Source of the DNA: Antedon mediterranea
Lineage: Eukaryota; Animalia; Echinodermata
Assembly: GCF_964355755.1 (NCBI RefSeq)
Contig: NC_092673.1
Coordinates: 11,256,948 to 11,320,947 of the forward strand
Reading direction: 5' to 3'
Length of the DNA: 64,000 nt
Of this stretch, positions 12,289-26,019 are shown in pieces. The notes beneath the pieces were generated by a model. The model was not told the DNA's origin, made no database searches, and was given only the letters and a program-made list of their open reading frames with translations. A program made the position numbers and the translations under genes. Every line of letters begins with the position of its first letter. Position 1 is the stretch's first letter.

Positions 12289-12807
12289 TTATGGCAAAGA
12301 AGACCAGAGTAAAGTTTAGTTAGAAACTTACCAAAGCATTTTTCTTAAACTTTTTCTAGTTCTAGTTGTCCCATGACCTAGATGATCGTAGGGGTGTAGC
12401 AGATGAGATACAGTAGTAGTACTCATCATGATACAATACATAGGCATAAGTTATATCTCCCAGTGGCATATCTTTTGTGGTGACAAGGACATCATTTTTT
12501 TAGGCACATTGGTTCCCCAATCCCTTTTTTTCGGACTGACACTTCCATTTCTTTACTTTTCTATAAAGTTTAAATTTCAACCAGCCTTTTTATTGGCAGA
12601 AAAATGAAATAGTCCAATCAGTAATTCTTTTGCATAGCAAACTAACTGGTAAGCAAATTAAAAATATCTAAATCCATTTGATGGATGGGCTTTCTATTCT
12701 AATATGATATAAAGGTCTACTTTGAGTGTATAAAACATAGTAATAATTGTGCTACTCTATCAAATATTTTACATTGCATAATTATATTCATACAAAGCAA
12801 TTTTTAC

Positions 12808-12966
12808 CTCTGTTATTTCCCATGTTACACTGATGACCCAGCATAGTCCGTAATGTCTTAACATCATGGCTTTCATGACCCATCCAAAGAAATGACAAAC
12901 TACAAACCAGTCTATCTGATGATGTAGTCGATCTAAGCTAAAATCAGAGCAGTTGGTTGCATAATC
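12808..12966 (-). CDS. PTDSS1: PTDSS1 coding exon 5 (159 nt)
   Basis: tttgttAG acceptor and GTAAAA donor. Reads DYATNCSDFSLDRLHHQIDWFVVCHFFGWVMKAMMLRHYGLCWVISVTWEITE, versus human EYAVNC...[30 protein letters not shown]. Confidence 0.94.
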
Positions 12967-13589
12967 CTAACAAAAAACAAACAAAACTTCATAATTATAA
13001 ATTAAATATGAAATTATATTACAGTGGAATCTCCCAAAACCGACTGCCCAGAAATATTCAGCTCAGACTCACAGCGTTAAGGTAGAGTTATATAGCGGCT
13101 TACATATTTTGTGTCTGAACTAGGCCCCAGATTAGCGTTAGGCAGCGGCTGTTACGCCTCTTCAGTGGCATTAATAACCCTAGCACGAGACGGTAGACTT
13201 AATAACAGTAATCAAGTAATGCATCAGTGATTTTAACCTTAACCAATGAAAATACACCACCCCAATTAGCAGGCCAACAACATACCTTTACTATAGATAG
13301 ACTGTATGTCAATATATTTTCAGGTTTTAAATATTAATGAACACTACAGTCTGCGTCGACGATATGAATTCAATCCATTTACTTGCGTACAATAGGTTTT
13401 AACTGTGCCCTCAACCATTCATGAAATGTACAACATTCCATGGTATGATCAAATAAGGTTGCCATGGAGGTGCTACACTGTGATTGACAAGTCAGTTTAT
13501 CGTTAACCTGCGAGGCGACGATTGCTTTGTTGTGTATCTAAATGTGGTAGACTTTTTTAAACACTTGCTCGATCAAATCAAAACATGCG

Positions 13590-14665
13590 AGTCATTTCAT
13601 TTTATTTCATTTCATTATTTATTTGGTCTATTAAAGTATATACAATACAAAACAAAAAAAACTGAAATTGGGGAGACCAGGGTCAACCTAAGTGAACTTA
13701 ATCACTGTAGCTGAGCCGGTTGACCCAACCCCAAAGTCAGTTTACACATAAAAGACATAAAGACAAAATACAGTTACAGCGAATCAAAATGAATATGAAC
13801 TTTTCTAATGAAGGCTGATGGGCTTTCTAGGACTGCAGCATCTGTCAACGGTCTGGGAAGCTGGTCCCAGACACGGGGTAACCTGATTGCTATAGAATGG
13901 AAAAAAGCCTGTGTCCTTGATGCTTGATGTCTGAAGCACAAGCGATCATTGTGATGAGTATTTATTAAAATACAGTCAGGAACTGTGCTGCAGTACAGAA
14001 ACCCCACCAGAACCTTAAAACAAAATATAATAAGAAATTTATCTCTTCTAACAGACAAAGATGAAACTGAAAGCAAATTTAACCTCTCCTCATAGCACAT
14101 CTGTCCGCGATGCTGTTTGAGAGCAAGACGAGTTGCTCTCCTATGGACCCCCTCAAGCTGATCTGACAAAGACTTCGTCCATGGAAACCAAGCAGGTTGC
14201 GCATACTCCAGACCTGGCAAAACAAGACTTTTGTACAAAGACAAAAATGCACTGGTCGAAGCATGTCCAGCCACACTCCAAACAAAGCCCAACATACGTT
14301 TAGCTTTGGAAACAATGACATGGACATGGTCATCCCAGGTCAATTTTGAGTTAAAAGTAACACCAAGGTATTTAAAAGATGTCACCGGACTAATATGAGA
14401 GCCAAACAAAACATGCAGGACATTCGTCTTCATAACATTGAAAGGCATGCGATTTGCTTGGCTCCACAGACCAAGTCGGTCCAGATCAGCTTGAAGGTTT
14501 AGAGAATCCTGAGGAGAGTTAATTGCATTATAAATAAGAGTATCATCGGCAAAAATAGCAGTTTTACATTTAAGTGAACAAATAATATCGTTAATAAAAA
14601 AGTTAAAAAGAATGGGACCGAGTACACTGCCTTGAGGTACCCCACTGGTTACCTCCACCCAGTCA
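13590..14665 (-). mobile_element. 5'-truncated CR1-group LINE
   Basis: SGVPQGSVLGPILFNFFINDI..FADDT..LQADLDRL..FKYLGV..YKSLVLP.LEY..YEERL. 3' tail of (ATGAA)n-like repeats at ~13590-13620. Confidence 0.9.
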
Positions 14666-14789
14666 TGTCGAATTATGCAAAAGACAGTGTTGATTGTTGA
14701 CAAATTGTAGTCACAAACAAACAGATGATAGAATGCAGATCCATGAACAATGGGCGGGAGTGAAATTAAGTGTCTCATGATAATGATGT

Positions 14790-15610
14790 GTTGTTTATAA
14801 CACCTAAATAAATTCCTGTCATTTGATTGGATGAATGTGGGTCCCATGGAGTGCAATAGTACGCACTATTAAACGATCGTTTAATAGTACATTTTTTCGT
14901 GTACGGAAAAAAAAATCTTTTCGCGTTTGGACAATATTTTGTTTATACTATTGCTTTTGAAATACAACAGCGCCACCTATTTTGTACTTTCGCGAAGATT
15001 TAATGTTATGATGACTGGTTTTTTCGCGATGGAAGTACATTTCTGAAGAGATATATTATGTATTAATTTAGATCAAAAAGGCATTTAAATTAGCTTTAGA
15101 TCGTGTGTAGGATTTTGATTAATTAATGGGAACATCTCTACAAGACATGGAAAACGTCACAACAAACTAGCGCGTACTTTACAGTACAATATTTTACTCA
15201 CTACAATATTCACCGGATTATAATGGTTCAATCTTCAAAATTCTGAACGGGATTTACGCCTCATGCACCATTTTAAAATGTAGTTCGCACAATTACCATG
15301 CACAATACGTGTGTAATCTATGTTTTATCGATTTCAATGTAGATTTAGCTATAATTTAATACCAAAATCCATAAAATTTTTCCATAAACGGTGATTCAAA
15401 ATTGGTTTTGTCACCAAAATTGATCTTTCGTTACGAAAAACCTATTTATAGAAGACGATTTTCACAGGAATCTATTTAGATGTTAAAACAAATAATGAAT
15501 GTTTTATATTCGATAATAAATAAATAATAAATCAAATAATATACCCTTTCATCATTCACCTCGTGCCATTATTTGTACCATTACACTAATAAACATTCAT
15601 TTTTTGTATA
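14790..15610. mobile_element. Unclassified non-coding repeat, possibly Crypton-like
   Basis: 24-bp perfect palindrome actattaaacgatcgtttaatagt near 14864. End sequences resemble recalled non-autonomous Crypton-type repeats; single copy in the window, so weak support. Confidence 0.25.
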
Positions 15611-15613
15611 TCA

Positions 15614-15673
15614 GGGCTAAAAAAAAATTTTTTTGTTTGCTGTCCATTTTTTTTTCGGTAGGTGGGGGCAGGT

Positions 15674-15707
<34 letters not shown>

Positions 15708-16863
15708 GTTAATTTCTCTGTTAATTGTACGCGAATTTGAGAGTAACAAAACACACTGAATAAAACAACGAGCTCAAACATCTATTCATAATTTGTTTCA
15801 CACCTTAATTCTGTTTTGGGCGCGTTGGGCCCCGTGACTAAACTAGTCTAGGCTAGGCCTACTACACAGTAGGTCGTTGTTAGCAGGCCTAATTAAATAT
15901 TTTAGAATTTAGTGTACCGTATATTTCGGTGTATAAGTCGCACCTGTGTATAAGACGCACCCCTAACTGAGAATAAAATATAGGTATTTTGTATATCGTC
16001 GATGTATAAGACGCACTTTATATTTCATCAAAACAATGTTTTTTCTCACCTATGCTCGCCCGCGCCCAGCCTCAACAAGAAGGGAAGTCCCCCATTCCGT
16101 CAGTTCTTTCTAACTTAATTCATGAGTTTCCCACCCGCAACATCGAGTGCATGACCGCACGTGTGTGTGGGCTAGCCTCGCTCGATCCTTTTATCGAGAG
16201 GGCGCACGTTTCACGGACAATCGTATTCGATTAGTATCTATGTATCCTAGAAGTGTGTTAGCTAGGTCTATGCTATAATCAACTGGAGAATATACTAGTC
16301 GAATACTGTTACACCATGTGTAACATGCGATCGTGCGTATAACTATAATACCATTCCAATCGTAAACGTTTACAAATGAAATTTTATCGGAGCACCTAAA
16401 ACAGCTCCATAATGAACATTTTTTTTCATCATATTTAGTACAAAATCACGCTAACATGCATTGAAAACTAGCAGGTTGCTGTTACGTTAGTACACTGTAG
16501 CTAGGCTAGGCCTACTCTTTAGTACTAGGCCTTACCTTAAAAAGCCCAGGCTTAGCCAATGAGGTGGCGATATCTGTGTGGCGAGGCATTTATGTTCGGT
16601 GTACAAGACGCACCCTTAATTTAGAGGTTAAATTTGCGTGTCAAAAGTGCGATTATACACCGAAATAAACGGAACATTATTATTTTAATTGTTTCATCCT
16701 CGCACACTCGATTAACACCTTTTCAGCCAAAAAAACTCATAAAAAAACTTTTTTTTAAAGCGCCCTCAACGAAAAAAAAAACTTTTTTCTTATCTCCGCC
16801 CTAATTTTTGGCGAAATTAGGGGCGGCGGATGACAGCAAACAAACTATTTTCTTTTTTAGGCC
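15614..16863. mobile_element. Harbinger-like non-autonomous element with a nested MITE
   Basis: Imperfect TIRs gggctaaaa..tttgtttgctgtc / gacagcaaacaaa..ttttaggcc; TCA on both flanks. Confidence 0.6.
15917..16672. mobile_element. Tc1/mariner (Tc2/pogo-like) MITE
   Basis: TA-ccgtatatttcggtgtataagtcgcac ... gtgcgattatacaccgaaataaacgg, with repeated tataagacgcac subterminal motifs. Confidence 0.8.
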
Positions 16864-17751
16864 TCATTATACTGGCACCAGTAAGAGGATCAGTTTAATG
16901 GAACCTGTGACAGTGTCATATAATATGTTCTATTAGAATAAATGTAAATATGTATATTTCAAAAAATTTGATACCAAATTTAAGTTACTACAACCAGTAC
17001 TTTACAGAGATATGAAGATGCCCTGGTATGTGGGTCAAAGGTCAGAAATGGCATTTTAATCATTTTTTACTAAAATGCCCCATTAGACTGAATATGAATT
17101 CTGAACATTTTGAGACCAAAATTGACTTGCTGGAACCAGTGGTTGATCATATTACATAGGGAACTTTGAGAAAGCTACAAGTTTGTTAAAATAACGCATT
17201 GCGTATGATACTTAATTATCACGATATAATAGTGCATCAGCTATGTGTGTTTAGTTTTATCAGTCTTGGTTTATTATCCTTCAAAGGAAAACATCAGAAA
17301 ATCTATTTATGGTTTCTCACTAAACCACTCAATAAATGCAAACTGCTGGGGATTTTTACTTCAAGAGATTTAATGTACACGTATTACCAGTTTGTGGTCA
17401 GTAAAATTGATGTTTTTAATCAAATATTCTACGAGAATGTCTTATGTGCGGGAAAGACTAGTTCAGAAAATGAAACAGTCTACTGTGGGTATCCAATCAT
17501 TGATTAACACTTATACATGCACACGGTAATTTAGTAATATAAAGTGGAGAAATGAATTCCCCTTAGTAAGGAAAATGGTCAATTTTTTAATGTTGGTACG
17601 TCTTGTTGGCCTTTTTGCACGACTGCCACGCAAAGTCAAATAAAACAATGTGGTCTATCAAACAGAAATATAAATTAGCTTCAAACAATTGAATACTAAA
17701 TAATCCAGATTTTAATAATAGGGATAACTCAAAAATTCAATTTTCAATGTA

Positions 17752-18657
17752 CCGTATTTTCCGGAGTATAGGTCGACCCCAAGACTAGTATAAGTCGACC
17801 CCCAACTTTGGCCTAGAATATCGTTGATTTTGGTATGACCTGAATATAAGTCGACCCCCAAAATCGGCTAATAACACAACTTACTTTAAAGTTCAAAGAG
17901 GGCTAGAAATTCATGAAATGTGGTTGTTTGTTTATATTATTAAAGTGTAGGCCTAATCAATATCGGACGGACGTAATGACGACGACTTCGTCGCCGTCTT
18001 CACCAGCCTATAATAAATGACAGCGATGTAGCGTTACTTGCCATCAGCGATGTTTTTCGCGTCACTCGAATAAATTAAAACGAGTTTTCCGTTAGGAGGC
18101 TTATTAATTGTACAGGCGAGTAGTTGTAAATCACGTTATCTGTAAATGTACACGCGCCCGACTAAGTAGAATTTGTTTTATGATTAGAAGACATGCGCAG
18201 TAATTGTAATTACGAACAAACAAACAAACTGCGCATGTGTATAGATGAAAATATCGCGCAATAACAAACATGCTGCATGGACATTCCGACGTCTGTGGTG
18301 TGTTACGATGTTTTTGCGAGAGTGAATAAAGAAAACTATTTATTCTTAATTATCTTAAAAGCGTAATATTAACATCAAAATGAGTCATTGTGATATATTA
18401 ATATTTTATTGACCAGTACTTGTTGGAGTTGTATTATTTTGTACAATGTAGGTATTAAATTGAAAACTTCTGTGAGTGATTGATGATAGGCCACTGACCT
18501 TGCTGGGCTGGGCCTTGACAGCAGCTGACGGCTTTTGAACATATTTTTTCGGCCTGATTTTTTTTTTTAAATCGCATGGTCGGAGTATAAGTCGACCCCC
18601 CGATTTTGCAATTAAAATTTTCCCATAAAGTCTCGACCTATAATCCGGAAAATACGG
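17752..18657. mobile_element. Tc1/mariner (Tc2/pogo-like) MITE, second family
   Basis: TA-ccgtattttccggagtataggtcga ... tcgacctataatccggaaaatacgg, with repeated tataagtcgacccc. Confidence 0.8.
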
Positions 18658-18666
18658 CATAATAAT

Positions 18667-20584
18667 CAGGCCCGTAGCCAGGGGGGTTTTTTGGGGTTCG
18701 GGCGAACCCCCCCTTTTGCGCGAACCCCCCTTTTACCAGCGAACCCCCCTTGAAAAACAAAGGCCCCACTTCCAAAATCGTGCAATTAATTATCAATTAT
18801 AGCAGATTTTTTGGTCATTTTACTTCTATTGACTATGTTTAAATCGATCGAATATACAGATTGTCCGATGTCAAAGTCACTGCTGAGCGTGAGATCGAGA
18901 GATTGTTGAGAGATGATGGTTATAAATATGACAGAAAAATGGACTGACCAATCGCGTGCTTCGGCCGGGCTTTTCGGAACGCACAAGATCACGTTCAGTT
19001 CAGTTCAATCTTTTTGGGGATTTTTATTTTTTTCCTGAAAATATTTTTCATTAAACCAAAGAATTTCACTGTTTAAACTTGAATAAAAATGGTGCTGAGT
19101 TAAATTGGTACGTGTACGTAGGCCTACCGTATATTTCGGTGTATAAGACGCACTTTTGACACGCAAATTTGACCTCTAAATGTAACCCTAATTAATTTAA
19201 TTACCTACTAATACTTAAATTAATTAAAAATAGTGTAGGCCTACTACTCTGCAATGTAGGCCTAGCTAGTTACTCACTCCTGTCTAACCACAGTGTGGTA
19301 ACAAGTTTATTGAATTTTTAGTTAAGGTAAATTGTCATCCTCGACTGTATTAATTAATATTACAGTACGCATTAGATATTCTACCCAGGCCTAGTAATAC
19401 TCTCTGAACTCGCGGGTGTGTATTCTAGCAGCATGCAGCATCATCACAGCGCAATACATTTATGGAAGAGTCCATTAATTACGGTGGTGTCACATTTTAT
19501 TTACACAATAACTATTTCCCTTGATCACGGTGGTTTATTTTTATTACATCTCTATGTCAACAATCACATAATTTTATAATCATGTTACAGTCAATAGTTC
19601 GTATGTCAAGCGATATCTAAAAGAGTGTGTTGTTATTGTGTTACGTAGCTTCCCCTAATCTTATAGTGTATATGGCCAACAGTGCTGGCCACCAGGCAAG
19701 GAGCACATGGTTAGTGCTCTCTCCTCATATTGCTGTAGGCCTAATGCATGCATGGAAATAGGAAAGATTTTCATATAGGCCTACCCAACATGATATTCCT
19801 GGTTCATTATCAGCCCAAAAAACTGAACATCATTTGGATTGATTTTATAATGGTCATACACACAATAAGAAGGTATATATTTAAATAATATGAAATTAAA
19901 GTTACTTAAATAGACATAGGCTAGCCCTACCCACACAGTGCATCGTAACTGAAACAATATGGGGATTTCCCTTTTCATTGAACGTTCAGTTGAAGTAGAG
20001 ACTGATTACGATGTAATAAAGGCAATCAAACAAAATTATATCATTTGATTCTAATATGTCTCAAATATCGTTGTTTTATTATTAAAATACCATTGTTTTG
20101 ATTGTAAAATGTTTAAATTTCGGCCTAGAAATAAGTGCGTCTTATGCATCGACTACATAAAAAATACTAATATTTCAGTCTCCTTTATGGGTGCGTCTTA
20201 TACACAGGTGCGACTTGTACACCGAAATATACGGTACTATTTGTTTTTTATGTTTATAGGATAAGAAATTACTTAAGGGCCTAATATAATATACTTTTTT
20301 GCAACAATAAAGCTGTTATTCATGATCAGTACTACTAACTTCCATACTATACTATATAATTTCTCTGCATAACCCAGATTTTAGTAGGTAAAAAATGTCT
20401 CTGTAAGCTTATTAAAACAACCGAAATTGCTCTGAGAGCCAAAGCTTCCAGGGGGCTTCGCCCCCTGGACCCCGACCGGGGGCCCTTGGCGGCCCCCTGG
20501 CCCCCAGCCTACAGTTGCTCGCTGCGCTCGCAAAATACTTGGTGTCAAGAAAACCCCCTCTGATGCATTCTGGCTACGGGCCTG
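18667..20584. mobile_element. hAT-like non-autonomous element with 8-bp TSD
   Basis: TIRs caggcccgtagccag / ctggctacgggcctg; flanks ataataat / ataataac. Confidence 0.82.
19127..20234. mobile_element. Tc2/pogo-like MITE nested in the hAT element
   Basis: TA-ccgtatatttcggtgtataag ... cttgtacaccgaaatatacgg-TA. Same family ends as 15917-16672, opposite orientation. Confidence 0.82.
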
Positions 20585-20739
20585 ATAATAACTGAATCAA
20601 AATAAAGAGTATTTAAAGTATATAATAATTAATATGCAACAAAAATTATGTTTATAAAATTATATTTTTAACTTCAAAGATTTATTGAAATTTCATGAAT
20701 GTGTTTGAATTGCGGTAACAAAAATCCGCTGGTACTTAC

Positions 20740-20858
20740 TTTTTCAAATGGCTTGTATGTTTGTAGATCAGGAAAAACAAATCGAATCATTTTCATCACT
20801 GCAGTATAGTTTTGGAACAGCATGAAGACAAGTAGTAATAAATACATCACACTCACTC
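20740..20858 (-). CDS. PTDSS1: PTDSS1 coding exon 4 (119 nt)
   Basis: ccaacAG acceptor and GTAAGT donor. Reads (G)VSVMYLLLLVFMLFQNYTAVMKMIRFVFPDLQTYKPFEK, versus human GLSVLYFLFLVFLLFLNF. Phases 1 and 0 fit the neighbouring exons. Confidence 0.88.
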
Positions 20859-21097
20859 CTGTTGGCAAGCAAAAGAAGCAATTCAATTATTATTACTTCT
20901 ATAAACTACCGTACTGTATCATTCTAACCGATAAAATAGAAAATGGTGAGAATAATTTTGATAGCACCTACATATACAGCTAAAGAAGCATTATGGAGAT
21001 CTAGGTTGGTATACAATTGCTAGTTAAAAGTAAATACTATACAATCAATTAAAAAATGTTAGTGATGGTAGGTGGCCTCAGTTACTACTTGTTACAC

Positions 21098-21421
21098 ATA
21101 CAGGATTACACTATAGTATTATACATACAGGATTACACTATAGTATTATACATACAGGATTACACTATAGTATTATACATACAGGATTACACTATAGTAT
21201 TATACATACAGGATTACACTATAGTATTATACATACAGGATTACACTATAGTATTATACATACAGGATTACACTATAGTATTATACATACAGGATTACAC
21301 TATAGTATTATACATACAGGATTACACTATAGTATTATACATACAGGATTACACTATAGTATTATACATACAGGATTACACTATAGTATTATACATACAG
21401 GATTACACTATAGTATTATAC
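21098..21421. repeat. 27-bp minisatellite, 12 identical units
   Basis: Unit atacaggattacactatagtattatac, giving the (IQDYTIVLY)12 ORF. Confidence 0.97.
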
Positions 21422-22750
21422 ATAATGAAAATAAAATAAAATGGAAAATTTGTTTAAGCACAATTTAAACCATGAATTTTGTATTAATTATTCAAATGGT
21501 CTTTCTTCTGATATTAAACTACCATACCCATCTTGAGCACAGTGATAATAAATATTATTTAGTTTAGCACTTTAGTACTTGTAAACAATTAGTATTTTAA
21601 ACATTACAATTGGACATACACAACAACAATATTTTAATTAGGCCAGCTTGAGTACAGCATCATAATGTTGAAGACAAGTCGATTTTCTTAAAAAATAATA
21701 TTTTGATAGATTTATTTAATATATGTTTATAAAAACGTATTGCTTAGTGATAAATGGAACATTCCAATCTCTCTCCCACAAGTGTCTATTCTCTCAGGCG
21801 TCGTAATAACACAAAGGCAAGTACTGTATACTCATAACAGAAATTTGATCCATTTTTTTCAATCAAGCTGAAGCTGACATTTTTTAAATTTTGTAAACTC
21901 CGCCAGGTCATGCTCAAACCCTAAGGCAGTCTGGGAGAAGAGAGCCTATGAAAACATTTGCTGATAATACAATTGGTCGCAACCATTAGATCCTTGCAAA
22001 TCGTCTGTTCCAGAAATCTTTAAACAATTTAACAACTTTGGAATTGACCCAAGCAAATCAAAGAAACGGAAAGTTGATGCCTCATTTTTGTCAGAAGGAA
22101 ATTTGTGAGAATTTAGAACAGTTGGCTTAGACAGGTTCCATTTCCAAAAAACGGCCTAGAAAACGAATCAAGAAGCATTTTTGGGTAGAAGCTGGGATCC
22201 ACTTGATTTAGGATATTTTGACCTCGCTGATTACGAATATGGCGGATCCAAGCGAAATTTGGCCATCTAAGCCCTTAATTTGCATAATTAAAAATGGCGG
22301 CCATTTTTTATAATTACCCTGTATCTTGAGAACCACTAGTCACAGATAATTAATTTTGGTCTCAAAATGTTTTAAATATATGTTTTTATATTCACTTTAA
22401 TAACACATTTTCTAAAAAAATGGATGCAAGTCTTATTTCTGACATTTTGACCTTTGACCTTGATTTATCGTATCTCAGTCAATAATCGGAGAGACACGAA
22501 ATAGGGCTCAAATTGTTCAGAAACTATACATTCATATTTATTATAATGAAATGTTTTTACAAAAAATGACCTTTGAACTATTAGTCAAATATAATAATAT
22601 AATAATAATATAACTTTGAAAATTGTGGTCTTATGAATTTTTTTTTCTTTTTAAATTGTTTAAAACATGTGTGTTTCTATCCAGTCTAATGGCACATTTT
22701 GTACAAGAATGGCCGATAGTATGGTTATTGACCTTTAAACTACAGCATAG

Positions 22751-24170
22751 CAGAGGTCCCAACTTGGGAAAGTCCATTCGCAGGAGATTTTGTCGTGAAC
22801 CACATTCAATTCGTCGGGGCGTCGAAAGTCAACGCGCGGGGAATCAAAAATCAACACGCGTGTCGTTTACGTCTCCTAATTAACTAAATATGTTACATAT
22901 ACAGTATATACCATATTTAGACATAAGTTGGTTTAATTTTTACATAGGTTTATCCATCATTCTTTTTACATTCTTATTTTTTTTATGGACATATCCTCAG
23001 TACAAAGAATTTAAAAAATATATACTGTATTTTAACTAAAATTCAGTATATAAAATAATTTAACTTAATTACATAATGTACAATATTTACACATGATAGT
23101 ATTGCCCAATAGAATTTACTCATTTTGTTTAGGCACAGGCCTAGCATAGGGCTACTATACTAGGCCCTAGCTAGCTACCATTTTAAAACCCAAAAACAAT
23201 CGAAATAAACTATTCCGAATCCGTCTTATGCTACATTACGCGAGTTAACATATTATTTAGTTTTATTTTATCCATACGTAATTACACTGGCATTAAAGAT
23301 ATAACATTAAAATGTAGGCCGTTTATGAGCTATTTCGCCGATTTCTTATCGCTGGGAAATTCCCCACCATCGACATCGATCGATCGAGGAGTAGGCCTAG
23401 GCTAGAATAGAATAGAGGCCTAGCGTGCATGCCGGAACGGGTGGATTATTGCAATATAAATAACAAGTTTGAACAAAAGAGCTTACGACAATCTTAGGTA
23501 AATTTTTATTAAACGTAGGCCTACTTGCTTGGCGAATCCATATGCCTTTTAAATCATTTGAACATGTTCGTATTATCGGATCGTACAGTAAAACCAAATA
23601 AAACACCCTCTCAACAACCTCGTGCGATGTGCGATCTGTTGTTCTTTGCAGCGGATCAACATTGGTAGAGTCCATTAATTATGAGGGTGTTTAAAAATGT
23701 AATAACTATTAAAAACGTGTCTCAACCACTGTGTAATCAAAGCGTTTAATTAGTTAAAACTTGAATCCTCCCAAAATTGATAATCGCGTATTCCGGTTAC
23801 CACGTGATTGATTCACGGTTGGTTGCACGCTTCTTTTTTTTTCTACGTCCGGCGTGTAGTACCGTGCATGTTTATATTATTGTTACGGTTTAACAAAGGC
23901 GGTGCATACAAATAAAAATACAATAATAGACCACGGAGACTGCATGAATAGACATTGTTTCAACATCCTGCCTCACTTTTGTATTGACTATTGTTGACCT
24001 GGGCTGAGCCTGGGTGTAACCGTAAATCAATTTGGCCAAAAATATGGGGAAATTTGAAAATGCGGTAAAAAAATCAAAATGCGGTAGAAAACGTCGAGAT
24101 AGCGGTAGCGCGGTAGATGGGTACTAAAAGCGGTAGACTACCGCGAGTAGCGGTAGACTTGGGACCCCTG
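22751..24170. mobile_element. hAT-like non-autonomous element with 6-bp TSD
   Basis: TIRs cagaggtcccaa / ttgggacccctg; GCATAG on both flanks; clustered gcggta subterminal repeats at 24060-24160. Confidence 0.72.
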
Positions 24171-24246
24171 GCATAGGCCTACTGTATACTAAATATAATA
24201 TAATTGCATAACTATGAAATTATTTATACACAATAATAATTAGTAA

Positions 24247-25829
24247 AACTAGACATGAAACTCGTCACTTTGACGAGTTAGTTATCCGCTCGACAAACGC
24301 CACGTGCACGTCATACGTTAGAATATTGCACACAGAAAAATATTAAGGCATTATGACCTGAACTGAAGAATATGATATGTTATTTCTGAATTCTGTTATT
24401 TTGTGTCATATACATAGTATACACAGTACAATCTGTATACATATCACAAACAGTGTAAAATAGGTGAAATTACGGGACCCGTATTTTATTGTAATTTTTA
24501 ACATCTTGACGGCTTCAAAATGAAATGCAAAAGTAGAAATTTCAGAATGAAATTATCTCAGCAACAACATATTAACGTGTAGAAGAAATTTGAATACGTG
24601 AAATATTGATGCGCGCTCTTTTAAATGTAATGAAATATAACGCAAAAGATGAAAATACGACTTTTTTTATATAACTGGCCATATGATGACATCACAACAT
24701 TCGATTGGCACAATTTTCACATGATTTTGTATCTACAATACAATAGCTTCCTGAAAACGTTTTAATCGTGATTATCACATTTTATTCTTACGAGCTATAA
24801 CAGATTAAAATTTACTGTAAAGATAAAATTAATGACCAAAGTAATTTAAATTTTTAGGCATGATGACGTTAAAAAAATTAAAAAATTTTAAATTCATGCA
24901 AAAGATAGTTAATTGACCTAGAATATATTAAAATCGGGGTGAAAATGGACAACGAATAAGTGGAGATGCGCTCTATTAAATGTGATGAGCTATGACGAAA
25001 GAGACAAAAATCCTATATTTTATATTCGCGTGGCCATACGATGACGTCACAATGTCCGGTTAGCCATATTAATGTATGATCCGATATCTACAACTCATCA
25101 ACTTCCAGAATATGTAATTAAAAAAAAGTTCCCCATGTAGTTTAGAATCTATGAATGTTTAAAAATAGGCATAATTTTGACGAATTTTTGAACTTTTTCA
25201 CCAAAAACGCGTGCAAATTATCTAATTCGACGTGCTCGTATGACGTAATTTTAAGTCGAAATTGTTTAAAATTTGGTAACGTTACTAGAAAAGGCTGAAA
25301 AAACATAAATCACGCGAAAAAAATATGTTTTTAACGCTACGTGTGCACCGCGTGCGTAAAAATTTTCGCGCGCGTGGGAATTTTTGACATGCTCAAAATG
25401 ACATGAAACGCATAGAAAGTTGATTAGAAGTTGATTTTTCGCTTTCTAAAATTTTAAACGCGCGTGCGCGCGTAACTTCTTGTGCAACATGCTATTTTTA
25501 ATCCATAGAAAGTTTGCGCTTGATATGACTTAAATTTTCACAAAGTGTCAAAACAAAATTATGTTTGGTTTTTAGTCTATGATCAATCATTGAAATTCAT
25601 AAAATCGCGCGTAAGTCACGTTGCGCAACTCTGACGTCATTCAAAAATAGGAGGTGCACAAGTTCACGTAAATTTCGATATGTTGACAAAGTTACGATAT
25701 GTTCTGTTTGCAAGTTTTAGAGAAACACGACGCACAAAAATGACAGAAAGAAAGAAGTATAATACAGGAAAAAAATTTGATGAAACAGGACGATTACAAG
25801 GAGTTATCCGCTACTAAGCGGATAACTAA
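24247..25829 (-). mobile_element. Non-autonomous Helentron/HINE, family A' (solo copy)
   Basis: aaCTAG end, hairpin aactcgtca-ctt-tgacgagtt, sub-TIR tagttatccgct, far end gttatccgct-acta-agcggataactaa. Sits in an A-run with no TSD. Confidence 0.85.
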
Positions 25830-26019
25830 TTATAAAATTCACTGCCATCAAATATGATGTGTTATGATTTATATAGATTTAAAAAAAAATTTGAACACGC
25901 AAGTTACATTTGTTGAAATTTGAAATTACCTGCCATCAATATGATGGAGTATGATTATAGATTTTTTTTAATGTGAACATGTCAGCTACATTTGGAAATT
26001 ACCTGCCATCAATATGATG

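Noticed and set aside
1-12807. PTDSS1 exon 6 (ECWWD motif)
   Set aside because: No matching minus-strand sequence with splice sites was found by eye. The CWW at ~436-444 lacks the surrounding motif.
21056-21439. 127-aa repeat protein ORF or CRISPR-like array
   Set aside because: It is the stop-free frame of a 27-bp minisatellite. Units are contiguous with no unique spacers, there are no cas genes, and the context is a eukaryotic intron.
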